DNA of 64,000 nucleotides from Coriobacteriia bacterium (GTDB taxonomy: Bacteria > Actinomycetota > Coriobacteriia > Anaerosomatales > PALSA-660): NCBI GenBank assembly GCA_025361335.1, contig JANYAK010000033.1, forward strand, positions 21,246 through 85,245, given 5' to 3'. The position numbers were made by a program, and so were the translations under genes. Shown here piece by piece: positions 50,978 through 61,717 of this stretch. How positions within the stretch are numbered: position 1 is the stretch's first letter; each line of letters begins with the position of its first letter. Below the pieces are notes generated by a model. That model saw nothing but the letters and a program-made list of their open reading frames with translations. It did no database searches and was not told the DNA's origin.

Positions 50978-53187
50978 GAGCGCCTCCGGACCAGCGGCCC
51001 CGACGGCTTCATGCGGTCGGCGCCGAACACGCCCTCTATCCCGCGCACGCGGGATAGCACCGGTGCGAGCTGTTCCATGTTGCCCAGCTCGAACAGGAAC
51101 CGCATGTTCGCGATGCCCTGCTTGTCGGTCGCTATGTTGGCCGACAGCACGTTGACCCCGGCTTCGGCCAGAACCGCGGTGACCTCGTTGAGCAGCCGCG
51201 TCCGGTCTCGGGCCTCGATGAAGATCTCGACCTGGTAGGTGGTCTCAGTGGCCGTGTCCCACTCGACCTCGATGATCCGCTCGGGTTCGCGCAGCAGGTC
51301 CCCCGCGTTGGGACAGTCGGCCCGGTGGACGGACACGCCACGGCCGCGCGTGACGAAGCCCACCAGTGCGTCGCCGGGAACGGGGTTGCAGCACCGGGCG
51401 ATGCGGACGAGCAAGTCGTCGATGCCCTTGACCCGCACGCCGGAGGGAGATCGGCGCTTCGACCTCGGCGGTGTCATCGGAGTGGTCGGGAGCAGCTCCG
51501 GGGCCTCGTGCACGGGCTCGAGCGTCACGCCGGGCTGGATGCCGGCGAGCAGCTTGATGAGCTTGCCGACGACCAGCTTGGCCGATACCTTGCCCGCACC
51601 GATCGCCGCCAGCAGGTCGTCCCCCTCGGCGTAGTTGAGTTCCTTGGCGACGTGCGCCAGCGCCTTGGCGCCCGAATGGGACCCGATCGACAGACCCTGC
51701 TTGCGCGCGATCTTGCTCAACTCGTCCTTGCCGCGCTGCAGGTCGTCGGTGCGCGACGCCTTGCTGAAGTAGGCCCGTATCTTGGAGCGCGCTCCCGACG
51801 TCTTGACGATGTTGAGCCAGTCCCTCGAAGGGCCGGAGCTCTTGTTGGTCAGGACATCGACCCGGTCGCCCATCTGCAGCTCGTATCCGAGCGGGACGAT
51901 CGAACCGTTCACCTTGGCGCCCACCGTGTGGTGCCCGACCTCGGTGTGGATCGCATAGGAGAAGTCGATGGGGGTCGAGCCCTTGCGCAGGGAGACCACG
52001 TCCCCCTTGGGCGTGAAGACGAACACCTCGTCCTCGAACAGGTCGATCTTGAGGGCCTCCATGAACTCGCGCGGGTCCTTGAGCTCGGTCTGCCACTCCA
52101 GCATCTGGCGCAGCCACGCCAGGCGCTCCTCGAAACTCTCGTCGCCCTTGCCGCCCTCCTTGTACCGCCAGTGAGCGGCGATGCCGTACTCCGCGGTGCG
52201 GTGCATCTCGTCGGTGCGGATCTGCAGCTCGAGCGGGCGGCCGGCCGGGCCGATGACCGTCGTGTGCAGGGATTGGTACATGTTGAACTTCGGCATGGCC
52301 ACATAGTCCTTGAACCGGCCGGGGACCGGCTTCCAGACCGAGTGGATCGTGCCGAGGGCGCCATAGACGTCCTTCACCGAGCCGACGATCACGCGCAGGG
52401 CGATGAGGTCGTAGATCTCGTTGAAGTCCTTACCTTTCTGCGACATCTTCTGGTAGATGCTGTAGAAGTGCTTCGGCCGCCCGGAGATCTCGGCGTGGAT
52501 GCCCACCTGCGCCAGCTCGCGGGTCAGATCGCCGATCACCTGCTCCAGATACTCCTCGCGCGCGTCGCGACTCTCGGCGACCATGCGCTGGGTCCGTTCG
52601 TACTGCTGGGGTTCGAGAACCTTGAACGACAGATCCTCCAGCTCCCACTTCACGCTGGAGATGCCGAACCGGTGCGCGAGCGGCGCGTAGATCTCCATGG
52701 TCTCGCGCGCCTTCTCGAGCTGCCGGTCGCGCTCGAGGAACTCGATCGTCCGCATGTTGTGCAGACGATCCGCCAGCTTGATGAGGATGACCCGGATATC
52801 CTTGGCCATCGCGATGAGCATCTTGCGCATGTTCTGGGACTGCTGCTCGGCGAGCGTTCCCACCTTGATGCGGCCCAGCTTGGTGACGGCGTCCACGAGC
52901 GCGGCGACCTCGTCGCCGAACCTGTCGCGGATCTCGCTCAGGTCGACCCGGCTGTCCTCGACGACGTCGTGCAGCAGCGCCGCCGTGAGAGTCGCCGTGT
53001 CGAGATGGAGCTCCGCCAGGATCCCGCAGACCGCCAGCGGGTGCGATACGAACGACTCGCCGCTCTTGCGCATCTGGCCCTCGTGGGCGCGCGCGGCGAA
53101 CGCGGCGGCGTCCTCGAGCGCGCCCAGGTCAGCGCCCGGGTTGTACGATCGAATGCGCTCTTCTATCTGCTCCAGTGTGATCGTCAC
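50974..53187 (-). CDS. rel: Bifunctional (p)ppGpp synthetase/hydrolase Rel
   Basis: Track ORF is 867 aa. GTG at 53187 (V131) gives 737 aa starting VTITLEQIEERIRSYNPGADL. HD hydrolase 'HPLAVCGILAEL...LLHDVVED', synthetase 'RPKHFYSIYQKM' and 'YQSLHTTV', plus TGS and ACT-like C-terminal domains. Confidence 0.93.
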   Translation of the reverse strand: MTITLEQIEERIRSYNPGADLGALEDAAAFAARAHEGQMRKSGESFVSHPLAVCGILAELHLDTATLTAALLHDVVEDSRVDLSEIRDRFGDEVAALVDAVTKLGRIKVGTLAEQQSQNMRKMLIAMAKDIRVILIKLADRLHNMRTIEFLERDRQLEKARETMEIYAPLAHRFGISSVKWELEDLSFKVLEPQQYERTQRMVAESRDAREEYLEQVIGDLTRELAQVGIHAEISGRPKHFYSIYQKMSQKGKDFNEIYDLIALRVIVGSVKDVYGALGTIHSVWKPVPGRFKDYVAMPKFNMYQSLHTTVIGPAGRPLELQIRTDEMHRTAEYGIAAHWRYKEGGKGDESFEERLAWLRQMLEWQTELKDPREFMEALKIDLFEDEVFVFTPKGDVVSLRKGSTPIDFSYAIHTEVGHHTVGAKVNGSIVPLGYELQMGDRVDVLTNKSSGPSRDWLNIVKTSGARSKIRAYFSKASRTDDLQRGKDELSKIARKQGLSIGSHSGAKALAHVAKELNYAEGDDLLAAIGAGKVSAKLVVGKLIKLLAGIQPGVTLEPVHEAPELLPTTPMTPPRSKRRSPSGVRVKGIDDLLVRIARCCNPVPGDALVGFVTRGRGVSVHRADCPNAGDLLREPERIIEVEWDTATETTYQVEIFIEARDRTRLLNEVTAVLAEAGVNVLSANIATDKQGIANMRFLFELGNMEQLAPVLSRVRGIEGVFGADRMKPSGPLVRRRS

Positions 53188-53251
53188 GCGCTGGGATCCG
53201 CCTTCGTCAACTAAGCACCGGGCCCGCTGCCCGCTCGGGCGCGACCCGGCG

Positions 53252-56200
53252 TCACGTACTCGGCAGGATAGGACGGTTGAGGGTGGCGAGCAAATCCTCA
53301 CAAGCGGCCGCGAGCACCCATTCGCGGAACTCCGCGAACTCCGCGGCCTCCTGCAGCCCCTCGGCGTAGCGGACCGACGTCTTAAGGTCGGTCTTGGCGG
53401 CCGACGCCGGTTCGAGGCGCAGCCGCCGGTAGGCGCCGAGGCCTTCCCCCGTGACGAAGCCGAGTTCGCGGAACACGCCGATGCCGGTCGACACCCCGCG
53501 GTCCGACAGGCGTGAGCGCTGCCGGCGCGTGCGGACGTATTCGGCCAGATCGGCATTGGTCGCTTCGACCCATCCATCCTCCGCGGCGGCGCCTTTGTCC
53601 CTCAGGGCGGCGTAGAGCGCGCGCAGGTCGTCCGCATCGGGCGCGGAGGCCTCGATGATGAGCTCGTTGAGCCGCGCGTCCTTCTCCCCGAACAACAGGT
53701 GGATGGTCGCGGCTTCCCCGTCGCGCCCGCCGCGACCGCACATCTGGTTGAACTCCACGCGGTCGAACGGCAGGTGGAACAGCACGACGTGGCGCACGTC
53801 GGGGATGTTGACCCCCTCTCCGAACGCGCTCGTCGCCACGACAAGCGAGAGGTCCCCCTCGCGAAAGGCGCGCTCCACCGCGTGACGGGCCGCCCGAGCC
53901 ATCCCGCCGTTGTAGAAGGCGGCCCGATGCAGCAGCGCGGGGACCGACTCGCGGATCTTCTGCGCGAGCCGCACGGACTGCTCCCGGCTGTTGACGTACA
54001 CGATCGTCTTGTCCCCGCACGCCGCCAGCGACACGAGCTGGATGACCTTGTCGGTGGAGGAGCGCCGGTCCGCGACGCGGAGGTTGTCGCGCACCGTCGG
54101 GTCGAGCACCATCTCGTCGATGCCGAGGGTGGCGCGGATGACCGCGGCCTCTTCGTCCCCGGCCGTCGCGGTGACAGCGAGGACCATAGGGCGACCGAGC
54201 GTCTCGAGCGCCTTTCCCATCCGCGCGTACGCCGGACGGTGCCCCGTGCGAGACTGCCCGACGTGATGCGCCTCGTCCACCACCACGAAGCCCACCCGAC
54301 CCGATGCGGCGAATCGCTCGGCGTGCCTCTCGAGGAACTCGGGCGTCGTCATGAGCGCGTCGACGCGGCCGTCCGCGAGTGCCGCGAACGTCTCGTCGCG
54401 CCCGCCCTGCGGTGTCTCGCCCGTGATCAGACCGGCCGACAGGCCGAGCCCGGCGAAGGTCTCGGTGAGGTGAAACGCCTGATCCGCGACCAGCGCCCGA
54501 AGCGGATAGACGAAGATGCTCGCGCGCCCCGCCTTGAGGGCGAGACGCGCCGCGTGCATCTGGAAGATCAGGGACTTGCCTCTCCCCGTGGCCATGACGG
54601 TCAGGCACGACCTGCCCGCCGCCAGGTGCGCCAGGGAGCGCACCTGCGCGTCATGCAGCGGGCGATCGCCGATGAAGCGTCGGGAGAGTTCCGCGTCGAG
54701 GTCGCTGTCCGGGAGCCGCGACAGCCTCTCGCGCGCCGCGGCGCGATCCTCGGGGGCGTCCACGTCGTCGTTCTCGCTCCGCCGTTGCACCTCCACGTTC
54801 ACGCCGAGGCTCTCGCCAGCCTTCCCCCCGGTCACTTCCGACACGACGACGTCATAGGCGGCGCCGGCGTCGATGGCGGGTGCGATCGCGGCGGCGAGCC
54901 GCCTGTTGAAGAAGCCCACGTGGTCACCGAGGGCGTCGAACAGAGCGCAGGCGTTCGGGTCGTGCGGGTTGTCGGCCTGACGCTTAAGCCGCAGCGGCGC
55001 GCCGGGCGCAAGCCGTCCGACCACCGTCTGCCGCTCATCGAAGGTGACTCCCGCCAGCTTGGTGTGGAACGATCCCGCGTCCGCGATGTTGCCGTAGCCG
55101 TCCCGTGCCAGGATCCGGTCGGCGTCGGCGAACAGCTCGTCGACGAGCGCAGCCGCGGCTTCCTCCGGCGCCGCCGACCCGATCCTGAGGTCGCGCACCA
55201 TGAGCTGCAGCCGCTCGCGGCCCTTCCACGTCTCGACGTCGACCTGATAGGCGATGTCGACGGCCGCGGGAGTGTCGGTCACGCGGTCGATGTCCGGGCA
55301 GCGGAAGGCGATGGCGGCGACCGAGGCGACCCCGTCGTAGGCTTCGAAGCGCAGGTGGTCCGCGTCGGCACCCACGCGCTTCCGGCCGTTCATGAACACG
55401 CCCCTGCTGGCCAGGAGCGGCTTGGGATTGCTGTGGCCGAACGGCTCGAGCGCCGCCAGCTCCGCGGCCAGTTCGCGGGACACGTCGGCGAGGCGCACCT
55501 CCGCGTCGAGAGCGAGACTGGGGATGAAGGCCTCCTCCGACAGGGTCGCGAGGGACGTCGCGAGACGGGAGCGGAACGCCTCGACGTCGGCCGCGGGCAG
55601 CGTGACGCCCACCGCGGCGGCGTGCCCGCCGAACCGCGTCAACAGAGCGGCACACTCCGACACGGCCGCATGCAGGTCGACACCGGCGGCGCTTCGCCCG
55701 CTGCCGGTCGCAACGCCGTCCTCGATCGTGAACAGGACGACGGGTACGCCGTACAGGGAGGCGAGCCGCCCCGCCGCGATGCCCCGCACCCCTGGGTGCC
55801 ACCCTTCTCCCGCCAGGACAAGCACTCTGTCCCCGGGGGTATAGGCCTTCTCCGCGGACTCTCGTGCGAGGCCGACGAGATCGGCCTCCACGGCCTGCCG
55901 CGCGCGGTTGTACTCGTCGAGGCGCCGCGCAAGCGTCGCGGCACGGGCGGGATCCTCCTCGAGCAGGAGATCGAGCGCGTCGCCGGGATCGGCGATCCGA
56001 CCGGCGGCGTTGATCCGGGGCGAGAGCCCGAAGGCGGTCCTCTCCGCGCTGATGGCGCGGACGTCGATCCCCGCGACCGATGCCAAAGCCGCGATGCCCG
56101 GTCGCGGGTCGCGACGCATCCGCTCCAGCCCGTGCGCCACGAGAGCGCGGTTCTCGTCGAGCAAGGGGACGACGTCGGCGATCGTCCCGATGGCCGCGAT

Positions 56201-56881
56201 GTCCGTGTAGTCGAGCCACAGGTCGGGTTGGCCCGTGCGCTCGCCCACCGCCTGCAAAAGCTTCAAGGCGACGCCCGCTCCCGCGAGACCCGAGAACGGC
56301 GCGCCCGGGAGCTTGGGGTCGGCCACGGGCACGCCGGTCGGCACTGAGTCACCCGGCTCGTGGTGGTCCGTCACGACCACGCGCACTCCTCTCGCCAACA
56401 AGGCCTCGACCTCGACCGCGGACGAGATGCCGCAGTCGACCGTCACGACGAGGGCCGGGCTCTCGGCGAGCAGGCGCTCGATCGACGATGGGCCCAACCC
56501 GTAGCCGTCCTTGGCGCGGTGGGGCAAGACGGGCGAGACGTCGGCGCCGAGCCGGCGCAGGCCCGCCGTGAGCAGAGCTGTGGCCGTGACGCCGTCCGCG
56601 TCGAAGTCGCCGAACACCGCGATCCGCGAGCCCCGGCGCACGGCGTCGGCTACCTCGTCGGCGCAGGCGTCCATTCCGGGGATCGACGACGGCGAGCGCC
56701 AGTCCCGCGCGATGTCGGGTTCGAGGAAGCGCCGCGCCACGACGGCATCGGTCACACCGCGCGTGACGAGGAGGCGCGCCACGACGGTCGAAACCCCGGC
56801 GAGCTGGGCCAGCGCTCGAACCCCGGCCTCGTCGGCATCGGGGAAGGTCCAGCGTCTCTCGGGCGTCTTCGCATCAGGCAC
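53252..56881 (-). CDS. recJ: RecJ exonuclease - HIRAN - RecQ-like SF2 helicase fusion protein
   Basis: 1209-aa uninterrupted ORF. Residues 1-565 are RecJ (DHH 'AVFGDFDADGVTA', 'VVTVDCG', 'VVVTDHH'; DHHA1 'FGGHAAAVG'). Residues 604-698 are HIRAN ('LAGVTFDERQ...LKRQADNPHDPNACALFD...VGFFNRRLAAAIAP'). Residues 740-1075 are a helicase core (I 'MATGRGKS', II 'VVVDEAHH', III 'VTATA', V 'ATSAFGEGVNIPDV', VI 'QMCGRGGRDG'). Confidence 0.85.
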   Translation of the reverse strand: MPDAKTPERRWTFPDADEAGVRALAQLAGVSTVVARLLVTRGVTDAVVARRFLEPDIARDWRSPSSIPGMDACADEVADAVRRGSRIAVFGDFDADGVTATALLTAGLRRLGADVSPVLPHRAKDGYGLGPSSIERLLAESPALVVTVDCGISSAVEVEALLARGVRVVVTDHHEPGDSVPTGVPVADPKLPGAPFSGLAGAGVALKLLQAVGERTGQPDLWLDYTDIAAIGTIADVVPLLDENRALVAHGLERMRRDPRPGIAALASVAGIDVRAISAERTAFGLSPRINAAGRIADPGDALDLLLEEDPARAATLARRLDEYNRARQAVEADLVGLARESAEKAYTPGDRVLVLAGEGWHPGVRGIAAGRLASLYGVPVVLFTIEDGVATGSGRSAAGVDLHAAVSECAALLTRFGGHAAAVGVTLPAADVEAFRSRLATSLATLSEEAFIPSLALDAEVRLADVSRELAAELAALEPFGHSNPKPLLASRGVFMNGRKRVGADADHLRFEAYDGVASVAAIAFRCPDIDRVTDTPAAVDIAYQVDVETWKGRERLQLMVRDLRIGSAAPEEAAAALVDELFADADRILARDGYGNIADAGSFHTKLAGVTFDERQTVVGRLAPGAPLRLKRQADNPHDPNACALFDALGDHVGFFNRRLAAAIAPAIDAGAAYDVVVSEVTGGKAGESLGVNVEVQRRSENDDVDAPEDRAAARERLSRLPDSDLDAELSRRFIGDRPLHDAQVRSLAHLAAGRSCLTVMATGRGKSLIFQMHAARLALKAGRASIFVYPLRALVADQAFHLTETFAGLGLSAGLITGETPQGGRDETFAALADGRVDALMTTPEFLERHAERFAASGRVGFVVVDEAHHVGQSRTGHRPAYARMGKALETLGRPMVLAVTATAGDEEAAVIRATLGIDEMVLDPTVRDNLRVADRRSSTDKVIQLVSLAACGDKTIVYVNSREQSVRLAQKIRESVPALLHRAAFYNGGMARAARHAVERAFREGDLSLVVATSAFGEGVNIPDVRHVVLFHLPFDRVEFNQMCGRGGRDGEAATIHLLFGEKDARLNELIIEASAPDADDLRALYAALRDKGAAAEDGWVEATNADLAEYVRTRRQRSRLSDRGVSTGIGVFRELGFVTGEGLGAYRRLRLEPASAAKTDLKTSVRYAEGLQEAAEFAEFREWVLAAACEDLLATLNRPILPST
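54788..55072 (-). other. HIRAN domain region inside the RecJ fusion ORF
   Basis: FHTKLAGVTFDERQTVVGRLAPGAPLRLKRQADNPHDPNACALFDALGDHVGFFNRRLAAAIAPAIDAGAAYDVVVSEVTGG. It carries the 'NPxDPNA' core and the 'GyvpreLA..lapll' pattern of HIRAN. Confidence 0.65.
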
Positions 56882-56965
56882 GGGCCAATCCTAACAGACG
56901 GGCCCGACACCCAGTGGGGTGCCGGGCCCGGATCGGGCGCGGATATGGCACGGACGACCCGGCCT

Positions 56966-57892
56966 TTAGGAGGCCTTCGCGTAGCGCGCCTTGAGCGCCT
57001 TGTAGCGAGGCTCCGTCTCTTTCCACATCGCGTAGAGCGGGCTCGCGATGGCGACCGACGAATACGCGCCGGAGATCAGACCGATCAGCAGGGCGAACGC
57101 GAAGTCCTTCAGCGTGTCGCCGCCGAAGCTGAGCAGCACGACGACCGGGATGATCTGGGACAGGCCCGTGTTGATCCATCGCGCCAGCACCTGGTTGATC
57201 GAGTCGTTCGCCATCTTCATGAACGAGGTCTTCTGCAGGCTCTGTGTGTTCTCCCGGATGCGGTGGAACACGACGATCGTGTCGTACAGGGAGTACCCGA
57301 GGATGGACAGCAGGGCGGCCACCGTGTTCGGCGTCACCTCTCGGCCGACCAAGGCGTAGATGCCCAGCGTGATGACCGCATCGTGCACGAGCGCGATCAC
57401 CGCGGTTATCGACATCTTGTACTCGAAGCGAACGGAGATGTAGATCAGGATCGCCGCGATCGACACGATCAGGGCGAGCATCGCCGCGTTCGTGATCGAC
57501 GCGCCGTAGCTGGGCGCGATCGTGGACGTCTGAGCGTCCTTGAGCGAGATGCCCAGATCCTTCGCGACGTTGTCGAACACCGCCGCGGCCTTGTTGGTGT
57601 CGGACACGCCGCTGCGGATGAGCCACCCGTCCGGGCGCCCGGACGTCAGGGTCGACTGAACGATGGCGTCGCTCATGCCCGCCTTGCGCAGAGCAGCGTC
57701 CACCTTCTCCGTGGTCACGCCCGCGGTCTGCGGAAGCTTGATGGACGTGCCGCCGCGGAACTCGATGCCGAACGTGAGGCCGCGCACGAGCAGCGCGCCG
57801 ATGGCGATGGTCAAAACGATCCCGGAGAGCATGAACAGCCACTTGCGGTTGCCCATGAAGTCGATGTAGACCTTACGCATGTCTGGCACCAC
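56966..57892 (-). CDS. secF: Protein translocase subunit SecF
   Basis: 308 aa (likely start ATG 57880, MRKVYIDFMGNRKW). Motifs 'GIEFRGGT' and 'TLGIYALVGREVT'. 6 TM segments. Confidence 0.93.
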   Translation of the reverse strand: MVPDMRKVYIDFMGNRKWLFMLSGIVLTIAIGALLVRGLTFGIEFRGGTSIKLPQTAGVTTEKVDAALRKAGMSDAIVQSTLTSGRPDGWLIRSGVSDTNKAAAVFDNVAKDLGISLKDAQTSTIAPSYGASITNAAMLALIVSIAAILIYISVRFEYKMSITAVIALVHDAVITLGIYALVGREVTPNTVAALLSILGYSLYDTIVVFHRIRENTQSLQKTSFMKMANDSINQVLARWINTGLSQIIPVVVLLSFGGDTLKDFAFALLIGLISGAYSSVAIASPLYAMWKETEPRYKALKARYAKAS

Positions 57893-59180
57893 CCTTCACG
57901 CCCCAGACAGCTGGCGCCTTGGCGATCACCGACTCGGCGAGAGTGATCACCATCGGCCGCGTGAACAGGAAGCCGACCGTGAGGTCGGTGACAAGACCGA
58001 GGATCAACGTGAGCGCGAACCCGCGCACGGGGCCGATGGCCAGCGCGTAGAGGAACACGGCGGATACGAATGTGACGACGTCGGCGTCGACGCTCGTGAG
58101 CAGGGCGTGCTTGGTGCCGGATTTGGCGGCGCTGCGCGGGGTCTTGCCCATCGCGACCTCTTCGCGGAACCGCTCGAAGATCAGGATCGACGTATCAGCT
58201 GCCATGCCGATGGAGATGACGATGCCGGCGATGCCAGGCAGCGACAGCGCGAACGCGCCCGCCCTGGAGAGACCGCCGAGGACGCCCAGGTAGAGCACCG
58301 CGAAGATCGCCAATGAGAACCACGACAGCACGCCGAGGCCCCGGTAGTAGACGCCCAGATACAGGCCGACGATGATCAGGCCCGCGATAGCGGCCAGGAG
58401 ACCCTGATTCAGGGACGCCTGCCCGAGGGTCGGCCCCACCTGTTGGGTGTCGGAGAACTTCAGAGTCACCGGCAACGCGCCCGTTTGCAGGACCGTCGCC
58501 AGCTGCTTGGCCTGATCGGCGGTGAACTTGCCCGTGATCTGCGAGCTGCCATCCAGGATGGGCTCGATGATGCTCGGCGCCGACTGTATGCGCCCGTCCA
58601 GAACGATCGCCACCTGCTTGCCGACCAGACGGGTGGTGATCTTGCCCCACTCGTCGCGGCCCTTGGCGTTGAACGTCATGCTGACCGCGTAGGCGCCCGG
58701 GCTCTTGGTATCCGCCTCCGCCGACGCCGCCGTGACCACCTCGCCGGTGAGAAGCACCGTATACGACCCCTTCTTGAGCAGCAGTCCGTCCTTGATCGTC
58801 TCGGAGGTCGCGATACTGGCGACGTCCACGAACTCCAGCTGCCCCGTGCTGCCCAGGATCTTCAGGGCCGAGGCCGCGTCACGAACGCCGGGGAGCTGCA
58901 CGAGGATGGAGCGCGCGCCCTCCCGCTGGACGGTCGCCTCGGAAACGCCGAGTCCGTTCACGCGGTTCTGCACGATGAGAAGGGCACGATCCATGGACGA
59001 GGCGTCCACGTCGGCCTTCTCCGCCGTCAGGATGACCGAGAGGCCACCCTGCAAGTCGAGTCCCTGCTTGATCTGCTTCGCTGGCGGCCAGAACAGCCAC
59101 ACCGCGCCCAGAACGAGGACCAGGACCGCGACCAGGGAGACGTAGTTCCACTGCCTTGATTCCATACCGTCGCCTTCCAC
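57873..59180 (-). CDS. secD: Protein translocase subunit SecD
   Basis: 435 aa (alternative start ATG 59165). Motifs 'KQGLDLQGGLSVIL', 'VQREGARSILVQLPG' and 'GPTLGQASL'. C-terminal 6-TM domain. Confidence 0.93.
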   Translation of the reverse strand: MEGDGMESRQWNYVSLVAVLVLVLGAVWLFWPPAKQIKQGLDLQGGLSVILTAEKADVDASSMDRALLIVQNRVNGLGVSEATVQREGARSILVQLPGVRDAASALKILGSTGQLEFVDVASIATSETIKDGLLLKKGSYTVLLTGEVVTAASAEADTKSPGAYAVSMTFNAKGRDEWGKITTRLVGKQVAIVLDGRIQSAPSIIEPILDGSSQITGKFTADQAKQLATVLQTGALPVTLKFSDTQQVGPTLGQASLNQGLLAAIAGLIIVGLYLGVYYRGLGVLSWFSLAIFAVLYLGVLGGLSRAGAFALSLPGIAGIVISIGMAADTSILIFERFREEVAMGKTPRSAAKSGTKHALLTSVDADVVTFVSAVFLYALAIGPVRGFALTLILGLVTDLTVGFLFTRPMVITLAESVIAKAPAVWGVKGGARHA

Positions 59181-59354
59181 GTCAGACCGGACACGGGCGT
59201 CACACGAAGAACGCGCGACGCCACGGGACAGACTACACCAAAGCCCTCCGCGGGGGCAGGGCGTTCGTCACGCCGGCGGCCAAGGCGCCGCCGCGGGCTC
59301 AGTCGCGGTCGCGCCGACAGCCGTGCGGCGGGGACTGCACACTCCCCGGTGCCG

Positions 59355-60065
59355 CTACAGCAGGCGCGTCCCGTTGATCACGAGCTCGAACCTTGCGTCG
59401 AGCACCTGCGCCGCTGAACGGCACATCTGCATGCGGGACAGGAATATCTCGAAGTACTCCATCACCTGGCTGGTCTCGGTGTCGATGTCCACCTCGAGCG
59501 TGAGCGTCCGGGCCTCGCCGTCGACGCGCAGGAACGACCTCTTCGCGGCGTGGTTCACGCGGTCGTGGATGTCGAACGCCGCGGGGTCCGGATTGCGCAC
59601 GCGCGTGTGATGGACGTCGGCCTTGTCGCCGATGATCGTCGCGGCGCCGACAGGATTCGCCGGCGTGCCGAACTCCTCCTCGTGGTTGCCCAGAGCGTTC
59701 ATGACGTGGGCGATCTCGCGCGGGTCCATCCGCAGGTCGCGCAGGGCCCCCTTCGCGAGGAGCGCCGCGCTCACCCCGTGGAACTCACGACTGATGCAGT
59801 TGCCCATGTCGTGCATGAATCCCGCGATCTCGCCCAGCTCGACGGTGCGCTGGTCGAACCCGAGGCGCCTCAGCACGCTGCCCGCGATGTGCGCGACGAG
59901 GTTCGCATGCCGGAACCCGTGCTCCGTGTACCCGATGGCGCCCAGGTACTCGTCGGCGACCTCGATGTAGGCCGTCACGGAGGGGTCGTTCGAGACGTCC
60001 TCGAGGGTGACGAGCTTCCAGGGTCCAGGCGAGACCGGGGCGGGAAGGGCTCCCGCGTCGCCCAT
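59355..60065 (-). CDS. HD-domain phosphohydrolase-like protein
   Basis: 236 aa. Motifs 'HGFRHANLVAHIAG' and 'GFMHDMGN' (H...HD pattern). The start abuts the yajC stop (60065/60066). Confidence 0.65.
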   Translation of the reverse strand: MGDAGALPAPVSPGPWKLVTLEDVSNDPSVTAYIEVADEYLGAIGYTEHGFRHANLVAHIAGSVLRRLGFDQRTVELGEIAGFMHDMGNCISREFHGVSAALLAKGALRDLRMDPREIAHVMNALGNHEEEFGTPANPVGAATIIGDKADVHHTRVRNPDPAAFDIHDRVNHAAKRSFLRVDGEARTLTLEVDIDTETSQVMEYFEIFLSRMQMCRSAAQVLDARFELVINGTRLL

Positions 60066-60356
60066 CTACGACCCCGCCTTGAGCTTCGGGCCCTCGGCGA
60101 CGCGCGCCACGACCGCCTGCTTGGCGAAGCGCATCACGACGCCGTCCGCGACCTCGAGGCTCACGGCGTCGGCGTCGACAGACCGGACGACGCCGTAGAC
60201 GCCGCCGGAGGTGACGACCTCGTCCCCGGGGGCCAGCGCCGCGAGCATGGCGGCCTGCGCCTTGCGCTGCTTGTTCTGGGGAGCGATGAAGAAGAAGTAC
60301 AGAGCGGCGAACACGGCCACCACGTACGCGAGTGTGAGAGCGAGGTTCTGATTCAT
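60066..60356 (-). CDS. yajC: Preprotein translocase subunit YajC
   Basis: 96 aa. TM 'LTLAYVVAVFAALYFFFIAPQNKQRK' followed by 'GDEVVTSGGVYGVV'. Confidence 0.9.
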   Translation of the reverse strand: MNQNLALTLAYVVAVFAALYFFFIAPQNKQRKAQAAMLAALAPGDEVVTSGGVYGVVRSVDADAVSLEVADGVVMRFAKQAVVARVAEGPKLKAGS

Positions 60357-60474
60357 GAGAGTCCGGCTCCTGAGTCGGCTACGATCCCGGCACCGTCCCC
60401 CCGGGGCGTGAAGATGATACCACCGGCGGCCGGCTCCACGAGCGCCTGCGCGGGCCGTCCTGGAACCACCGGGA

Positions 60475-61668
<1,194 letters not shown>

Positions 61669-61678
61669 TCATGTCGGG

Positions 61679-61704
61679 TGAACCCGCGGGGGGGCGCGGG
61701 CGTC
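61679..61704 (+). promoter_or_regulatory. Candidate ECF-type promoter (TGAAC-17 nt-CGTC) upstream of the ECF sigma gene
   Basis: gTGAACccgcgggggggcgcgggCGTCcaagggagcgtacATG. This resembles the GGAAC-N16-17-CGT(T/C) pattern of autoregulated ECF promoters. The leader would be very short. Confidence 0.3.
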
Positions 61705-61717
61705 CAAGGGAGCGTAC

